Assembly (NCBI RefSeq): GCF_037042905.1
Contig: NC_087252.1
Location: forward strand, 9,674,001 to 9,738,000
Origin: Lytechinus pictus
Lineage: Eukaryota
DNA: 64,000 bases
Reading direction: 5' to 3'
This document shows, one piece after another, positions 51,357 to 64,000 of the stretch. Numbering within the stretch: the stretch's first letter is position 1; every line of letters begins with the position of its first letter. Both the position numbers and the translations under genes were made by a program. A model generated the notes under the pieces. That model was given only the letters and a program-made list of their open reading frames with translations, was not told the origin of the DNA and ran no database searches.

Positions 51357-52204
51357 CTGGACAAAATGACAGAGAAATTGGTTCAAAATGATGACAACTT
51401 CAATCAAGAAAATCAAAATTACATTTGAAATGATAAATTTCTGATATTCTGCCGCCTTTGCACCAATTGTTCATATACCTAGGGACAGGGATTTTACATG
51501 TCAAAAGTGGTTTTTTCTGTTTCTGTAAGCTTGTAATTCTGTTTCAAACTTGATCTAAAAAAAGGAAATTTGTTTTTGTCAAAGAAAATGTATACAGCAA
51601 ACCATGAATTCAAGTTTTGCAAAGGTAAATTCAATGAATTTTCACATGAAAAGTGAAGAACCAAACAGATTTTTGCTTTGATTATAAACCGGTTAATGGA
51701 AAATCACTGTCCCTACATATCGGTTCCAACGCTGAAAGCTTGATTCTTCTTATTTTTTCATTTTGTTGTTTTTTACAGATGTTGTTAAAATTTTCTGTGA
51801 TTTATCTCAATTGCCCCTTGAGGTTTCATACTGTCTTGTTCATTACCTGGGGCAATTTCGTTAAACGGCCAAACTGTAAGAAATCATAGGGGATATACAA
51901 TCATTGCTCGGATTAGATTCAAAACAAGAAACATGTCTTCTGTTTTAGGGGGTTCTTCCCGTATATTTTATGTTAATATCTCAACTTTTACCAGACCATT
52001 TATATGTTTTAAAGTTTATTTTGAGATACGAATGCTCATTCTAAGCTTTATCATTTACAAGAGACAATTTTTGTCAAGGAGATTTTCATTCATCCAGCTC
52101 AGTCCTTTCTGTAAAGTAATAGAGTGGCTGCCTATTATCTGCAGCTATCAGCCCTCCCTAGGCGGCGCGACGGCACTCTGTGGTCTTGGAGACAGATATA
52201 TGCT

Positions 52205-52445
52205 TTTCACACTGTTATCATTTTTCTTAACCAGGGAAATAGGTTGGGCTAAGGGGGGGGGGGGTCTTAGCCTCACCAATTTCCCGGAGTTAAGCTTAGC
52301 CCACTTTGTTTTCACACTACATTTTAGCAAAGTAGGATAGCACGGTAAATAGTACGGTACTATCTGGCCCTGCAAAAAGAAGGGTTAGCTGGCTTATTGT
52401 GGTCTAGCACCACAATTGCGGTGCTAAGAGATGCAGTGTGAAACA
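52205..52445. mobile_element. MITE fragment(s) with TTTCACACT...AGTGTGAAA inverted ends
   Basis: ttttcacactacattttagca (~52310) versus tgctaagagatgcagtgtgaaa (~52422-52443). Confidence 0.5.
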
Positions 52446-54535
52446 AAACCAGGCTAAGCATTAGCCAATCACAGAAGTCGAAATTGCATGTTAATCACGC
52501 TCTGGCAAGATCATCAATATTCATGAGCTGTGCGACAGTCTGGGGTTAAGGGGAGCTCTCTTGTCCGATTTCAAAATGATGGAGGAACATCCATTAATTT
52601 ACAACCCACAAACAAAGGAGACAAACAATCAGATATAGATCAATGAAATATTTATCTCCTTGAACTTTTTAATGTCATTCTTGCAAGTGAGTTATTGCCT
52701 ACAATATAATTGTGTACACAACCTTGACAGAGAATGAGGTTTTCAAGGTTGACTCTAACAGTTTGATCACTGACTGACACTCTTGTTAAGCAATTGCTGA
52801 GGAGAGTGATAAATCGCTCTACCAAAAATGGATAAAGGAGAGCGGTAGCGAGTGATACATTAAGTCCCAATCCGCTTAAAACTGAGTCCCTGATTCCGTT
52901 TTTTTTTTATTCATTAGTCCGACAGTCACCAATGACGGACAGATTGGCATGTGTGTAGCAAATAAACATTTTGCAAACTGCATACAATGCAATATCTCCT
53001 TGGTTCAGAGCTTGCATTCCCCCCAAAGCTGTGTGTCATTAGTTTCGCTTGACTTCAGACATGACTGGTGGCACATTCTTTTGGTAAATGACATTCCAAA
53101 GAATTGTTATTTATTAGTGTTGATTGACAACATCACATGAAAGGGTAACCAGTCGTGCATGAAGTCACCTTTTGGGTTACAAACAGCTTCATGAAACCCG
53201 CTCCTGGGCCAAACTTCTTCCGTTATGTTTACCATGACCTAAGTATATTCCTTTGTTTGATTTTGAGTTGAAAGATAATTTGATAGTAAGAAATGAAAAG
53301 CACTAAAGATAAGGGTGAATCATGACGTAAGCCTCACGTAATTTGCTTTAAAATCCCATCTCCATTATAATTGGTAATAGTTTATCTCTAGAAAAGCAGA
53401 GTTATTTTTTTGTACTTCAATAAAAAACAAACACTGGGTTACTGCTAACCCACATCAATGAATAGTCTGCTAGCTCAGACTCATATTAGACACTTTAACC
53501 ATCATGCCTAGAGTGGAGACTAGATGCCAAACTCTCTGTCTAGTAGAGCCAGCCAGTTAGTGAATCTAGTCTCATTACTTCAGACTCTGCATTGTGCACT
53601 ATGCAAATTGTGGAAAACCAAGGGTCTTTGCCTCCAGACTAGGCAATGAAGGCAACTTCCTCGCTGCACTTGACTTCCCCTACTACAGACTGAGGTTCTA
53701 AGGTGACCCCCCCCAAAAAAAAAAAGGAAGAAAAAGAAATGGCCTTGCCCGCTTGAGCGCTTACTTTAGAGGGCTGAACAATAGACATGGATCAATATGA
53801 AAATACATTTCAGTAATGGGAGTGATCGCAAAATGTAATCAACCATAATGCAACACAATAATCACCCATGTGTTGCAATGTGTTTTTATAGAGATACAGT
53901 GTAGTAATGTCAACTGATTAAGGAAATTGCTCCAGTAATCAGCAAAAAAAGCATTTCCTGAACTCTGGATAGATGGGAAGTTTTCCAAGCGATGATATTA
54001 AGTGCCCACATGTGCTTACTTTAAATTATGTTGAGAATATTCAGTAAACTTGGTTTTCAGACTAGTTATGTTCTATCATTTCAAAGCACATGATTTTTCT
54101 ATACATTACAGAGGTCTCGTTTGAAAGAATACTGAACTTTGATTCATGTGGTACTTGATCTTAATCATACATGTATGAATGAAAAGTCACCCGGGAAGAA
54201 AAAAGTCAAATTCATGCCCTTTCAAGATATATGTGATCATCATTTCATCGGCGGTCATCTGAACCGTCATATCACACATACAATGGTGCAAACCCATTTC
54301 AGAGAAAATCGACTTCAAAGTTTACCATAATTTTCACACTAAGCTCCCCAGCCTCACAGCATATTTATTGCTTGAAAAATACATGGTTGGAAATACCAAG
54401 AAAACTGCTTGACATTGGTATCTTTATTTTCACACAAAAGTAAGGATCCAAGAAAATATGGCAAAAGAGCTACATGCTTGTAATTTCGGTTTGAGCGACT
54501 TAGATTTTTTCTGTACAAAAACGCCATAGGATAAA

Positions 54536-54702
54536 CGCGATACGTTTTGACTGACCGCGATTTCAATGCGCGCGATCAATCAAAACGTTGTATCACTTTT
54601 CATGTGCAAAGTCAATGCAGTTCCCAGTGCCGATACGACAGTTTGGTTGACTTGGTTGACTGCACGCATTGAAATCGCGGTCAGTCAAAACGTTGTATCG
54701 CT
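54536..54702. repeat. CpG-rich inverted repeat (~40-bp arms), probable core of a larger DNA-transposon relic
   Basis: cgttttgactgaccgcgatttcaatgcg (from 54543) versus cgcattgaaatcgcggtcagtcaaaacg (to 54692). Confidence 0.8.
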
Positions 54703-54892
54703 CTAATACAGTAACTGTTTCCAATGGGATTTGCACATTTTATTTAAAAAATTTATGGCATCGCCGTAAAAATCCTTTCATATCTCAGAAAATACAAGGC
54801 AAAAGCGATTTTGTGTCTCACCCACTTATGAAAATAACCAGAAATATCATGATTTGTGAAGGCACGCAACAGAATTTTATCAAAACTTCATT

Positions 54893-55479
54893 GTGAAATG
54901 ACTGGGATGGAATAACACTTGTCATTAAAGAGTCTTGCACTTAAACTTTAATGTTGACCTCAAAATGAACTTTGACCATACCATGTGACCTCCGACTGCA
55001 GCATAACATGCAGGTCCCCTAAGTACATCTACCATCCAAGTTTGGTTGAAAAATGACTTACGGTTGCAGAGTTAGGCGTCATAAGAGAGTCTTGCATGTA
55101 AACTTTAATGTTGACCTGAAAATGACCTTTGACCTTACCATGTGACCTCTGACTGCAGCATAACATGCAGGTCCCCCAAGTCCATCTACAGTACCATCCA
55201 AGTTTGGTTGAAAAGTGACTTACGGTTGCGGAGTTAGGTGTCATAAGAGAGTCTTGCATGTAAACTTTAACGTTGACCTGAAAATGACCTTTGACCTTAC
55301 CATGTGACCTCCGACTGCAGCATACCATGTGGGTCCCCCAAGTCCATCTACCATCCAAGTTTGGTTGAAAAGTGACTTACGGTTGTGGAGTTATGTGTCA
55401 TAAGGTTTGTGATGGACGGACGGCGGACGACATTTGGATCCCTAAGTCTCGCCTTCACCTCTGGTGGGCGAGACAAAAA
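54893..55479 (+). mobile_element. Non-autonomous Helentron/HINE-like element (Tsp/pearl/DINE-1 architecture)
   Basis: About 3 tandem ~160-bp core units, a short (GACG)n microsatellite at 55411-55430, then a 3' stem-loop GTCTCGCC (55446-55453) / GGCGAGAC (55467-55474) followed by an A-run. Confidence 0.82.
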
Positions 55480-56100
55480 TAAATTGCTGCCTAAAATTTA
55501 GTTATGAATAGAGTAGGACTTGTACAAGTTTTCCTTTCCAGCAAAAATCTCAAAATCTATTTTTTAAAATCAAAATTGACTGATACGACGATTTAATAGA
55601 TCCCCTGGGGAGATCAATATAACTCATTCTATTGTATGGGATGAAATACATGTAAGATTATGTTTTCTGTCACATTATATTCAACCTTTTTGAAGCACTT
55701 AATGATCTTCCGGTGCATTTTTTTCCCTGGGCTTCATTTTTATGACATCACAAAGCCGGGTGACAAGCAGAACCCTGCAGCAGAGATTTTTTTGTAATAG
55801 TCAAATGAATATTAATATACGCCTTTAAGCCATGCTGAACCTTACTAGATCTAACTTTGATGATACGCAAAGACGTTCATCCTTGAATTTAAAAAAAAAT
55901 CCATCACAGTCATAGCTCACTGTGAGTATTCCAGTTTCCATATTCATGCTGTTATGTACATATCAAAAAAATAAGGCACAGCCACTTTGAACAGCTCCAG
56001 CTCAAGACCTTAACTACTTCTTGGATTCTTACTCATAATGCAACATTTTGATGATGCACATGTAGTCTATTAACACATACCTAAATTATAGAATGTTATA

Positions 56101-56932
56101 CAGTGTGTCCCACAAAAAACAAAACCAAGATTTATCGATCATTTATCATGACTTAATCACAAATACAATAGACAAATGACCTACCAATGTAAAGCTTAGA
56201 ATCCCCTCTTTCATCTGAAATTACTTAGAGTATTTCTTATTCATGCATAAGTGAGCAAAAACAATTTGAAGAAAGGATACCAAAAACTAACTTTTTTTTT
56301 TTTGGGGGGGGGTATCTGAATTTCAAAAAGAAAATCACATGCCTAAAAACTTCGATATCTGCTCTTTTATTTGATACCTTAATCACAGAAATGGTCAAGT
56401 AGTAAAAAAGTTCTTTTCCCTCGAAACAATGCTTGTATTTCCATAATTTCATTAAATGCAACGTGTTTTCACCTTTTTCCACAGAAGCTTTCACACTGTT
56501 AACAAAAGGCTTAATGCATGGCTGATCGTCAACAAAACGGATTGTCGAGTGAGTCTTGACGCTAGCCTGTAACACCTCTTCATTTCATGAAATTATTGAA
56601 ATTCAAACCTTATTTCAAATAACCAGAACTTTGTTATTTCTTGACCATTTACTGTAATTGAGGTATCAAATTAAAGATCACATATTGAACTTTTTAACGA
56701 ATGTGGTTATCTTTTTGAAACCCAGATACAGCCTGCCAAGTGACTTTTTGGTATCCCCTCTTCAAATTGTTTTTGCTCACTCATGCGTGAATGAGAAATA
56801 ATCTGAGTTATTTCAGATGAAAGAGAGGAGATTCTAAGCTTGACAATGGTAGGTCATTTGTCTATTGTATTTGTAATTAAAATATGATATATCAATGCTA
56901 AATCTTGGTTTCGTTTTTTGAGGGGCGCACTT
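56101..56932. mobile_element. Tc1/mariner-type foldback MITE (TA target)
   Basis: ta|CAGTGTGTCCCACAAAAAACAAAACCAAGATTTA...TAAATCTTGGTTTCGTTTTTTGAGGGGCGCACTT|ta; ~300-bp inverted arms. Confidence 0.85.
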
Positions 56933-57269
56933 TATAATTTTCTGCTCCTCTTGTGACTATCATATGAAAGTATGTCTCAATAAATGAAATGCTTACACTG
57001 TGCTTTCAAGCATATTTTTTTTTTAATAAAAAGTAATAAAAAAAAAAGAATTTAATTATTATATTGTTAAATTCACAAGAAATATTTGATTTATTTGTAA
57101 ATTGGTCTGTATATCAAGACTATCCCCATACACATGGCCCAATGGCAAGATATTTAGTGTGTGTTAGAGAACCTTGAAGTTCAGGTCCCCTTTAATACTT
57201 TACATCAGGTGATGGTAATAACTGTCTACAGACACACATACACGGGGAAAAAAGATTGACAACACTTAC

Positions 57270-57317
57270 TGGAGTTTGTGCTCTTTCTTGAATTAAATTC
57301 CATGTATGATAGTGGCA
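57270..57317 (-). CDS. MRPL39: MRPL39 exon: CHYHTWNLIQERAQTP
   Basis: ttttcatag|TGC...CCA|GTAAGT, 48 nt, phase 0; aligns with the recalled vertebrate segment AHFTIWDKLLERSRKM. Confidence 0.85.
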
Positions 57318-58089
57318 CTATGAAAACAACAAATACAATAATATGTCAAGTTATTTAAGTGAAATTCACTCAGGAATATTCAATTAGATCATAGTGAAGA
57401 CAAAAAAATGGGTTAAAACATAAGATAATTTCAAAGAAGAGGATCTTGTGAGAAAATTGATTTTGGAATCGTTACTGAGAAACTTGTTCTATTATGCCTC
57501 AGTCTACACTAATCTTGCATTCAACAACAAGGCAGTGACATCATAATTTGACAAAAAGAACAGCATTAATACTGAATAAAGGTAAAAAACCAATGATACT
57601 GACAAAATTTCAGTTTGTATCAAAAGTTATTACACACTGCAAGTATATGAGTATAAGGGTAAAAGTGTATCACACTAATCATATTGTTTCTGTTGGGCAA
57701 GAATTTGAATAGTATTGTGAGAATGAAACTTCAAGATATTACTAGGTTACAGTATTGTATGCATTTGAGGGTTTTTTGTGTGTGTGATCCAGAAATGCCA
57801 AAAAAAAAAAATACAGAGATTATCCATGTTATTCCAAACCAACTCTCCAGATTATAAAGCAGAAGGTTTATAAAATGTCAACCTAACGGCATTGTCCCCT
57901 TTACCTCCAATACTTCTACAGTGTATTTCATTTTTCACCGATGATTTATCAACATTGTATAGGTATCCATGGGGGAAAATGCCCAAGCATACACATTCAT
58001 ATAAGGTGGTAATGAATCCAAATGGGGGCGTTCATTTTTATTGAGGTATTAACCAAAAATCAAAGTGGGTTTTAATTCTTCAGACTTAC

Positions 58090-58137
58090 CGGGAAATCAC
58101 TAGGAAGAGCAACACCCTGGAATCTGGTAAGCTTGTT
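58090..58137 (-). CDS. MRPL39: MRPL39 exon: NKLTRFQGVALPSDFP
   Basis: ctcttttag|AAC...CCG|GTAAGT, 48 nt; RFQGVALP corresponds to the conserved RFQGVSLP. Confidence 0.9.
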
Positions 58138-59448
58138 CTAAAAGAGAAAGAGAGGGGGAGAGAATAATAATAATAATACATATGATTTATATAGCGTTTT
58201 TTTCCATTTTGATTAAATGCTCAAGGCGCTTTAAAAGAGAGCAAAACATGAAAGTAAAGAGAACTTTTAATAGAGAAGTGCAAGAAAGGGTAAATTACAA
58301 ATGAGGAAAAAAAGGCTTGTCTTCAAACCTAGTAAGGTCTGCTGGTGAACAAATGCAATTTTAGGTTGCCCTTAAAGGATATTGCAGTGTTTGAGTCTGA
58401 GGATAATGAAGAGAGAGAGAGAGAGAGGGTAATGAAGAGAGAGAGAGAGGAAGAGATATAACAATGAAGCATGATAGACATGATATTAATCTTCACATGG
58501 AATTTGGTACAGATCCAGAGTGAGGGAAGTGCAAGGAGGGGAAGGGGGGGGGGGGGCAGCAATATTTTTTGAGGGGAGAGCATTGCTACATATTTTATGT
58601 TACATTAATTTTTGGCAAAAACCATCCCCATTTTATCGCACATCAAAACTTTTTTTCATGCAATTTCTTCCTTTTTTGATGATGAAAACTATTTTGGTTG
58701 GTCAGATTTTCGGTGCCAATTGCATCCTTTTTGGGAATAGGACCATTTCTTACATATATTTTATCATACTTTATGTTCTCATCTCACATTCCATTTTTAT
58801 TCTGCTTTCTGAGCCCGTTGCAGAAAGAGTTGTGAATGAATTTAAATTAAAAAAATGAAACAAAACATTTTCCAATTAATTAACTTACATTACTATTATA
58901 GACATTTATGGTTGATCTTTTTGATTGCATTTTAATGCAACTCTTTATGCAAAACGCCCCTACATCTGCAATAAATAACAAATTAGGCTGACTAAAAAAT
59001 TAGAAGAGGGAGATCTAGAGGAACAATATGGCCGAGAATTTCCAGATACACACATACAGGGGTGCTCAAAAGTTAGTGATCCCCACCAGAAAATGATCAT
59101 ATTCAAATTGTTCAAGTTTTGCCATGGTTTAGATATTCAATTCTTAAGTCAGGTGATAAAACATTACATTCAATAAAGTATGTTTCTCTGGGCTGGCCAA
59201 ACATTGGAGTGTCAGTTGTTGTCTAAATTCAATACTCCAAATAAAGGGGCGAGTTTTGTGGTGGGGTTCACTAACTTTTGGGCACTAATGTACGTGGAGG
59301 AATGCAAAATACAAAAGAAAAGCAGATAACTATAGCAAAGGCAGAGATTCTGATTCATGGTTTTGTTGTTTGATTTGGATGGCCACATGTGCATATAATA
59401 TTTTGTGTAATAATATTCCATACCAACATACTGTATGCAATTGCCTAA

Positions 59449-59852
59449 AGGTGACAGCACACCTTACGATTGGTCTGCAACCCGATTTCAGAATAAAATG
59501 TAGTAGAATTTGTTGCTAATATTGAGACTTGGAATATCTTACTGTGTAATATTCTAATTCATCGTACGAATACCTATGTTCAAATCTGTGACTATGCTAT
59601 CTTACTTCTTAAAATAAAAGCGAATTTAATATCTAGTCGTAATGACGTTATAGCAGTCGTACGATTTGAAACTAATTTGGCCCTTACTCCAAAATAAAAG
59701 CTTGCAGTCTTTCAAAATGGTTATATTAGTATTCTTTCAATTGATTCAACCTCAAATAAAATGATATGTTCCATTCACATTTTCAGAAAAAGAGCAAAAT
59801 GCGATTTGTTCCAAAATTGGATCGCGAACAGTCGTAAGGTGTGTGGTGGCCT
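59449..59852. mobile_element. MITE with AGG/CCT-type ends (Kolobok-like) in an MRPL39 intron
   Basis: gcacaccttacgattg..tgcaacccgattt versus aattggatcgcgaacagtcgtaaggtgtgt..ggcc-ttaa. Confidence 0.6.
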
Positions 59853-59912
59853 TAAGATGTACATTAAAATAATTTATGCACAAATTATCAAAATATAATT
59901 TCAAAAACTTAC

Positions 59913-59945
59913 TCCTGGCTTGAGATGATCCTCTATGTGATGAAC
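59913..59945 (-). CDS. MRPL39: MRPL39 33-nt mini-exon: VHHIEDHLKPG
   Basis: ttttcattttag|GTT...GGA|GTAAGT; phase 0 to 0; VH matches the conserved AVH motif position. Confidence 0.8.
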
Positions 59946-60117
59946 CTAAAATGAAAACAAGAGGAGAGTTTAAGGTAGCTTCAGTGCTTGCAATAACTTC
60001 AAATATTCATTTTTCCACTATTAGATCAAATAATTCATGCTTTTACAAGTATAAACACCTTAAGGAAACTCATCTATAAAGAAATATTAAACTCTGACTA
60101 CCGTATTAGAATACCTG

Positions 60118-60271
60118 GGCTCCGTAACACAAAGGTTAGCGATTAATCGCTAAATGAACTGACCTATCAAGTCCTTTGTTGCATGCGCACTTTATTCAGA
60201 ATACTGACTAGGAACCAATCAGCTGTTCTTTCAAATAGCGATTAACCGCACATCTTTGTGTTATAGAGCCC
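60118..60271. mobile_element. Harbinger-like short MITE
   Basis: GGCTCCGTAACACAAAGGTTAGCGATTAATCGC...GCGATTAACCGC..CTTTGTGTTATAGAGCC, flanked by ctg; family of 42094-42229. Confidence 0.65.
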
Positions 60272-61175
60272 TGGACTAAGTTTCGGTGAATCTTAAGATA
60301 ATATGAAATCATCATAAAATATATTCCTTACTGCAATGTAACAAAATACCCCAAAAGAATATACAAATGATGCATGCACATGAGTTCATTAGGCGATCTA
60401 TCCTCACGCGAGTTGAGGCTCTGTTCAATCCATTGCACGAAGCCATTAGGCTGAGTGCAATGGGTTGAACACAGCCTCAACAAGAGTGGATAGGTCGCAT
60501 AATGGACGAATGAAGACATGCATCATTTGGTTTATACAGCAAATTTTCTAGATGTTGTTATTTGACAATAGAGAAGAAAAAAAAGCAGATGGAATTAAGA
60601 CATATTTTGCCTTTGACAATTCATTTTCTCTATAAATATTATTTTCTCGGTGTATGAAAGCAGTTAATTGTTTTTGTTCTTTTGTGACGCACTTTGGTTC
60701 ATGAATCTCAGTGCACACAGTCAGCCTTTTTGTTGATGCGCTTACTCCGATGCGCGCAAATACACACACATACACACTGAAGGAGAGAGCTCAACCGTGC
60801 AATGGAAAAATAAAAAATGCACGGTCGCAGTGCAATGGAAAATAAAATTTGCATGCAGCACAAAATGGATAAAATATTGAATGGTTTTCAACCAATCAAA
60901 TTACAGGAATCTTTGTATGAGTTGTATAACACCAATGGTACACTGGAAATTTGCATGAAATAAAGTAAGATAGAATCGTGTAGATGATATCCAAGACAAC
61001 CTGCATGCCAATTTTCTACGCGATCAAATGCCAAGATCTCAATGAGTCCTGGGAGGCCCCCCCCCCCCCTGGCCATATGATCTCCCAAAATACCTCGGCT
61101 TAGATAGGGATAAATCAAGTGATCACATTCTATAGATCACATACAAGGACTGCTGGCTTCTATGGATTAACTTAC

Positions 61176-61314
61176 GCATGTGAAAGAGTATCTGTGTGGA
61201 ACCATGAAGCCTGAATTGGTAACCAATGGTCCTGGACTAACATCGATGAACTGGCCTAGACGAAAGAGGACTATCCGGTCTGCAGTCATGGAGTTCAGCT
61301 CGGCAACCTTGTAC
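61176..61314 (-). CDS. MRPL39: MRPL39 exon: (E)YKVAELNSMTADRIVLFRLGQFIDVSPGPLVTNSGFMVPHRYSFTC
   Basis: ccaccag|GTAC...TGC|GTAAG, 139 nt, phase 2 to 0; RLGQFIDVSPGPL corresponds to RIGDFIDVSEGPL (ThrRS-editing-like domain). Confidence 0.92.
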
Positions 61315-61694
61315 CTGGTGGATATTCAATTCAATAATTTCAAAATAAAACACTTATTTCCACAACAATATAAAGCATTACAAAAACATTGTTGCTGGCC
61401 TCTTGAACTTCAGCACAAAAGAGGCTTGGATTAAGAGTTATGGCATAAAAAGTAATCTCCTTCTGCCTAAAATGAGTTCTCTACAGTAACTACATGTAGA
61501 AGACTGTTTTCAGGCAATATCAGGTTGCCTGCATTGTAATGTTTCTAAATATACAGCTTTTTCTGAGCTGCCTTGTGGATGTAATACTTACTAATGCAAT
61601 CACCTACATTTATGGGTATATATGCATTCTATGGATCAATCAGAAAAAAACAACAAATTTTTACTAATAAATTTCAAAACAAAAAAGAACTCAC

Positions 61695-61866
61695 TCGTTG
61701 TCTTGGAAGATATCCATGGCGATGCTCGGTCTGACCTCTAACCTTTCAAAGGGCTCTTTCTTCTCCGCTAACTCATACGCTAGCCTGCTGAGACTGGTAA
61801 GCTCTTCTTGGGATGGGTCCCATGGAAAAGGTAGATTTACATCGTAGGCAAAGCACCCTTGAGAAA
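61695..61866 (-). CDS. MRPL39: MRPL39 exon: (V)SQGCFAYDVNLPFPWDPSQEELTSLSRLAYELAEKKEPFERLEVRPSIAMDIFQDN(E)
   Basis: tgtactag|TT...ACGA|GTGAGT, 172 nt, phase 1 to 2; GxFxYDV, W-x-P and PFExLEV motifs. Confidence 0.92.
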
Positions 61867-62684
61867 CTAGTACAATCAAAAGGGGAAAAGAGATTATTAT
61901 TTCCTGGGAAAGTGCAAATTGATTACAAAAAAGAAAGAAGGGTAAGCACTTCTTTGGATGGTTCCAAAAAAGGCGATAACTGGAGGGGCACACTTGAAAA
62001 ACTAGGAGTCAAATGGAAGGATAGGTAATGATTTTTTACTTGTTCCAATGGGATAGGTCACAGAAAGACACTGTATTGGAAAGTAGTACAAGCAAAATAA
62101 AAGATGAGTTATAATTTATTGGCTATATACAATAGGAGAGATAACTGGAAAGGCAGATACAGTCAAATAGAAAGAGGGGCAATCATCTCTCATTGGTTCA
62201 AATAAGAAATATTACAGATAGGTACCGATAAGAGAAATTACATAAACTTCATGCAAAAACTAAGAGAGGAGTTATCACTCTTCAGATGGTTTCGTTATGA
62301 AGGATAATTTGGAAGGTCAAATCTGATAAACTAGTACAGTGAAAGTAAAGGAGAAATGAGGAAATATGTACATGTAGTTCCAGTATAGAAGAGCTCATCA
62401 CACAAAAACCCTTTCATAGTGACATCTATTGTTAACACACCATACAAAAGTATGTAGCTCGCCTATGCAAAGCTTTTTTTTTACAAGGGACTTGTTTCAT
62501 AAAGACTTGCTATAACAACAAATGCACAATTTCTATAACTAATTTACAAAGAGCCAATCAAATTGAAGGATTTCAGCAGCTTTTAACTGTTTTGGCAAAT
62601 TAGTCATTGTAGCAAGTTTTATGAAACAGTGCCCAGAACGTTCTGGTGCCAGCCATTGATATAGTCTATATTGCATGGTGATAC

Positions 62685-62784
62685 CTGGAATATCTGCTGC
62701 CCTCACAGGCTGGATATAGACATCTGTTTTGAAGGCATTGAGAAGGATGGCGCCTGCCATGAAGGAACATGATCGCCAGAAAGC
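62685..62784 (-). CDS. MRPL39: MRPL39 exon: AFWRSCSFMAGAILLNAFKTDVYIQPVRAADIP
   Basis: cctgtacag|GCT...CCAG|GTATCA, 100 nt; A(F/Y)WRSC is characteristic of MRPL39 (ThrRS has FWHS). Confidence 0.93.
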
Positions 62785-63333
62785 CTGTACAGGATGACAA
62801 ACAAATGAAAATATGACTGCAGTTTCTGGCTGACAATTCTAGAATATAATAGATGAGTTATTGACTATGCACATTGCACACCAGGCTCTGTCAACATTTA
62901 AACCACAGCTGCCATTGCAAGAGATGAAATATATTGCACACTTTGAAAATGTTCCTCATCTCAAATCAACACTTCAGTATGAATTCATGAACCAATTTCA
63001 AGTCTGATTTGTAATAATTAAGATTTGTATAAAAATGTCATCTGATATCATGTAAAAATATCTGTCATATGCTGGAAATCTGAAGAAAAAATAAGTCATC
63101 GGAGAAATCCTGTTTTTTCTATAAGGACTTATTTTAAACACAAATGATGTAAAATCTCATTGTACATAATGCATAGACCAAAATAACTTCAAGTATCAGA
63201 AAGAAAAGTAAGTCAGTAAATGTCAGAACATTGTAGCAGACCACTCAAAGAGTTGGTCAGTTTGCCCCCCCCCCCCTTAAAATGACCGATATGAATAACA
63301 TATTAGTTTTTCAATAAAAATAAAAAATCTTAC

Positions 63334-63473
63334 CTCATTAGCCTCTTTAGGGTCATCATCCTTCATAGTGACTAGTCTCAATTCACAGTCCTCTGTCAAT
63401 GGCTGGAGCATATGCCACGGCTTTCCATTCACCAACGCTATTGCAGAACGCTTTGTATACGTCTCATTGAAAT
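63334..63473 (-). CDS. MRPL39: MRPL39 exon (TGS-like domain): (H)FNETYTKRSAIALVNGKPWHMLQPLTEDCELRLVTMKDDDPKEANE; upstream exons outside the window
   Basis: ctggtgtag|AT...GAG|GTAAGA, 140 nt, phase 1 to 0; ALVNGxPWxMxxPLTxxCE matches the MRPL39 TGS-like fold. Confidence 0.93.
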
Positions 63474-63765
63474 CTACACCAGAAAAGGAACAGGAAAAAG
63501 GAAATGTATCTATTGGTGTTGGTGATTTTTTCTTACCAGATTGCTAGGAAAGCAGGAATGCGTGTATGCTAGCAACCAGAGGACCGACAGCTCAAGGTCC
63601 TCTCAGAGGGACTAGGATCACTACGACTCTGCACTCAAGGAAGAAAAAGGTGCAAGTGGGAGCTGTAACACTAAATAATTATCAAAATAAAAAATTTAAT
63701 GATAATAAAATTGATCATATACACATTCTCAATTTTGAAAGGATATAATTTCAAAGCTTATACTG

Positions 63766-63927
63766 TACCTTGGTCACATTTGCTCTATGGCCGCCGTATG
63801 CAAGTCAATAACAGCCATTCTATCCATTTTTATTTAAACCACCTACATAACATTACATAAAATGTTATTAAAAACAATTGTTTTTGACTCGCTGTACGAA
63901 CCCCGTGGAGCAAATGTGACTGAGGTA
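63766..63927. mobile_element. MITE, second copy of the 1779-1957 family
   Basis: TACCTTGGTCACATTTGCTCTATGG...CCGTGGAGCAAATGTGACTGAGGTA. Confidence 0.8.
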
Positions 63928-64000
63928 TTTTATAGGAATCACTATTTCACTAAAAATCTCAAAATTCATTTGGGCGACTAATTGCTGGTTTGGGGGTGAC

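Noticed and set aside
61176..63473. Threonyl-tRNA synthetase
   Set aside because: TGS and editing-like domains are shared, but the WRSC motif, absent editing His/Cys motifs and termination soon after RFQGVALP (no catalytic domain) indicate MRPL39.

Overview
AT-rich, repeat-dense eukaryotic (animal) genomic DNA. The SINE and MITE families look like an echinoderm such as a sea urchin (inference). Three spliced protein-coding genes lie on the minus strand. (1) The 3' part of MRPL39 (mitochondrial ribosomal protein L39): 8 exons from 63473 down to a stop at 51318, with the 5' exons beyond the window. (2) A complete 4-exon, 489-aa divergent SLC16/MCT-family MFS transporter (43361-38143). (3) A 1.56-kb first coding exon (33184-31627) of a secreted or cell-surface Ser/Thr/Pro-rich mucin-like protein with a signal peptide and two furin-type sites; I found no convincing downstream exon in the remaining 31 kb. 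The rest is non-coding and holds many non-autonomous DNA transposons (Kolobok-like TTAA, hAT with 8-bp TSDs, Tc1/mariner TA, Harbinger-like, Helentron/HINE-like), tRNA-derived SINEs, decayed L1/Tx1 fragments, microsatellites and two satellite-like arrays, several of them nested. There is no CRISPR array or prokaryotic system. The best leads are the putative MRPL39 3'UTR (bistable hairpin plus a tandem array with PUF-like motifs), the mucin-like proprotein with a duplicated upstream element, the altered SLC16 transport residues, and transposon-borne DR1 nuclear-receptor sites. All functional interpretations are hypotheses.
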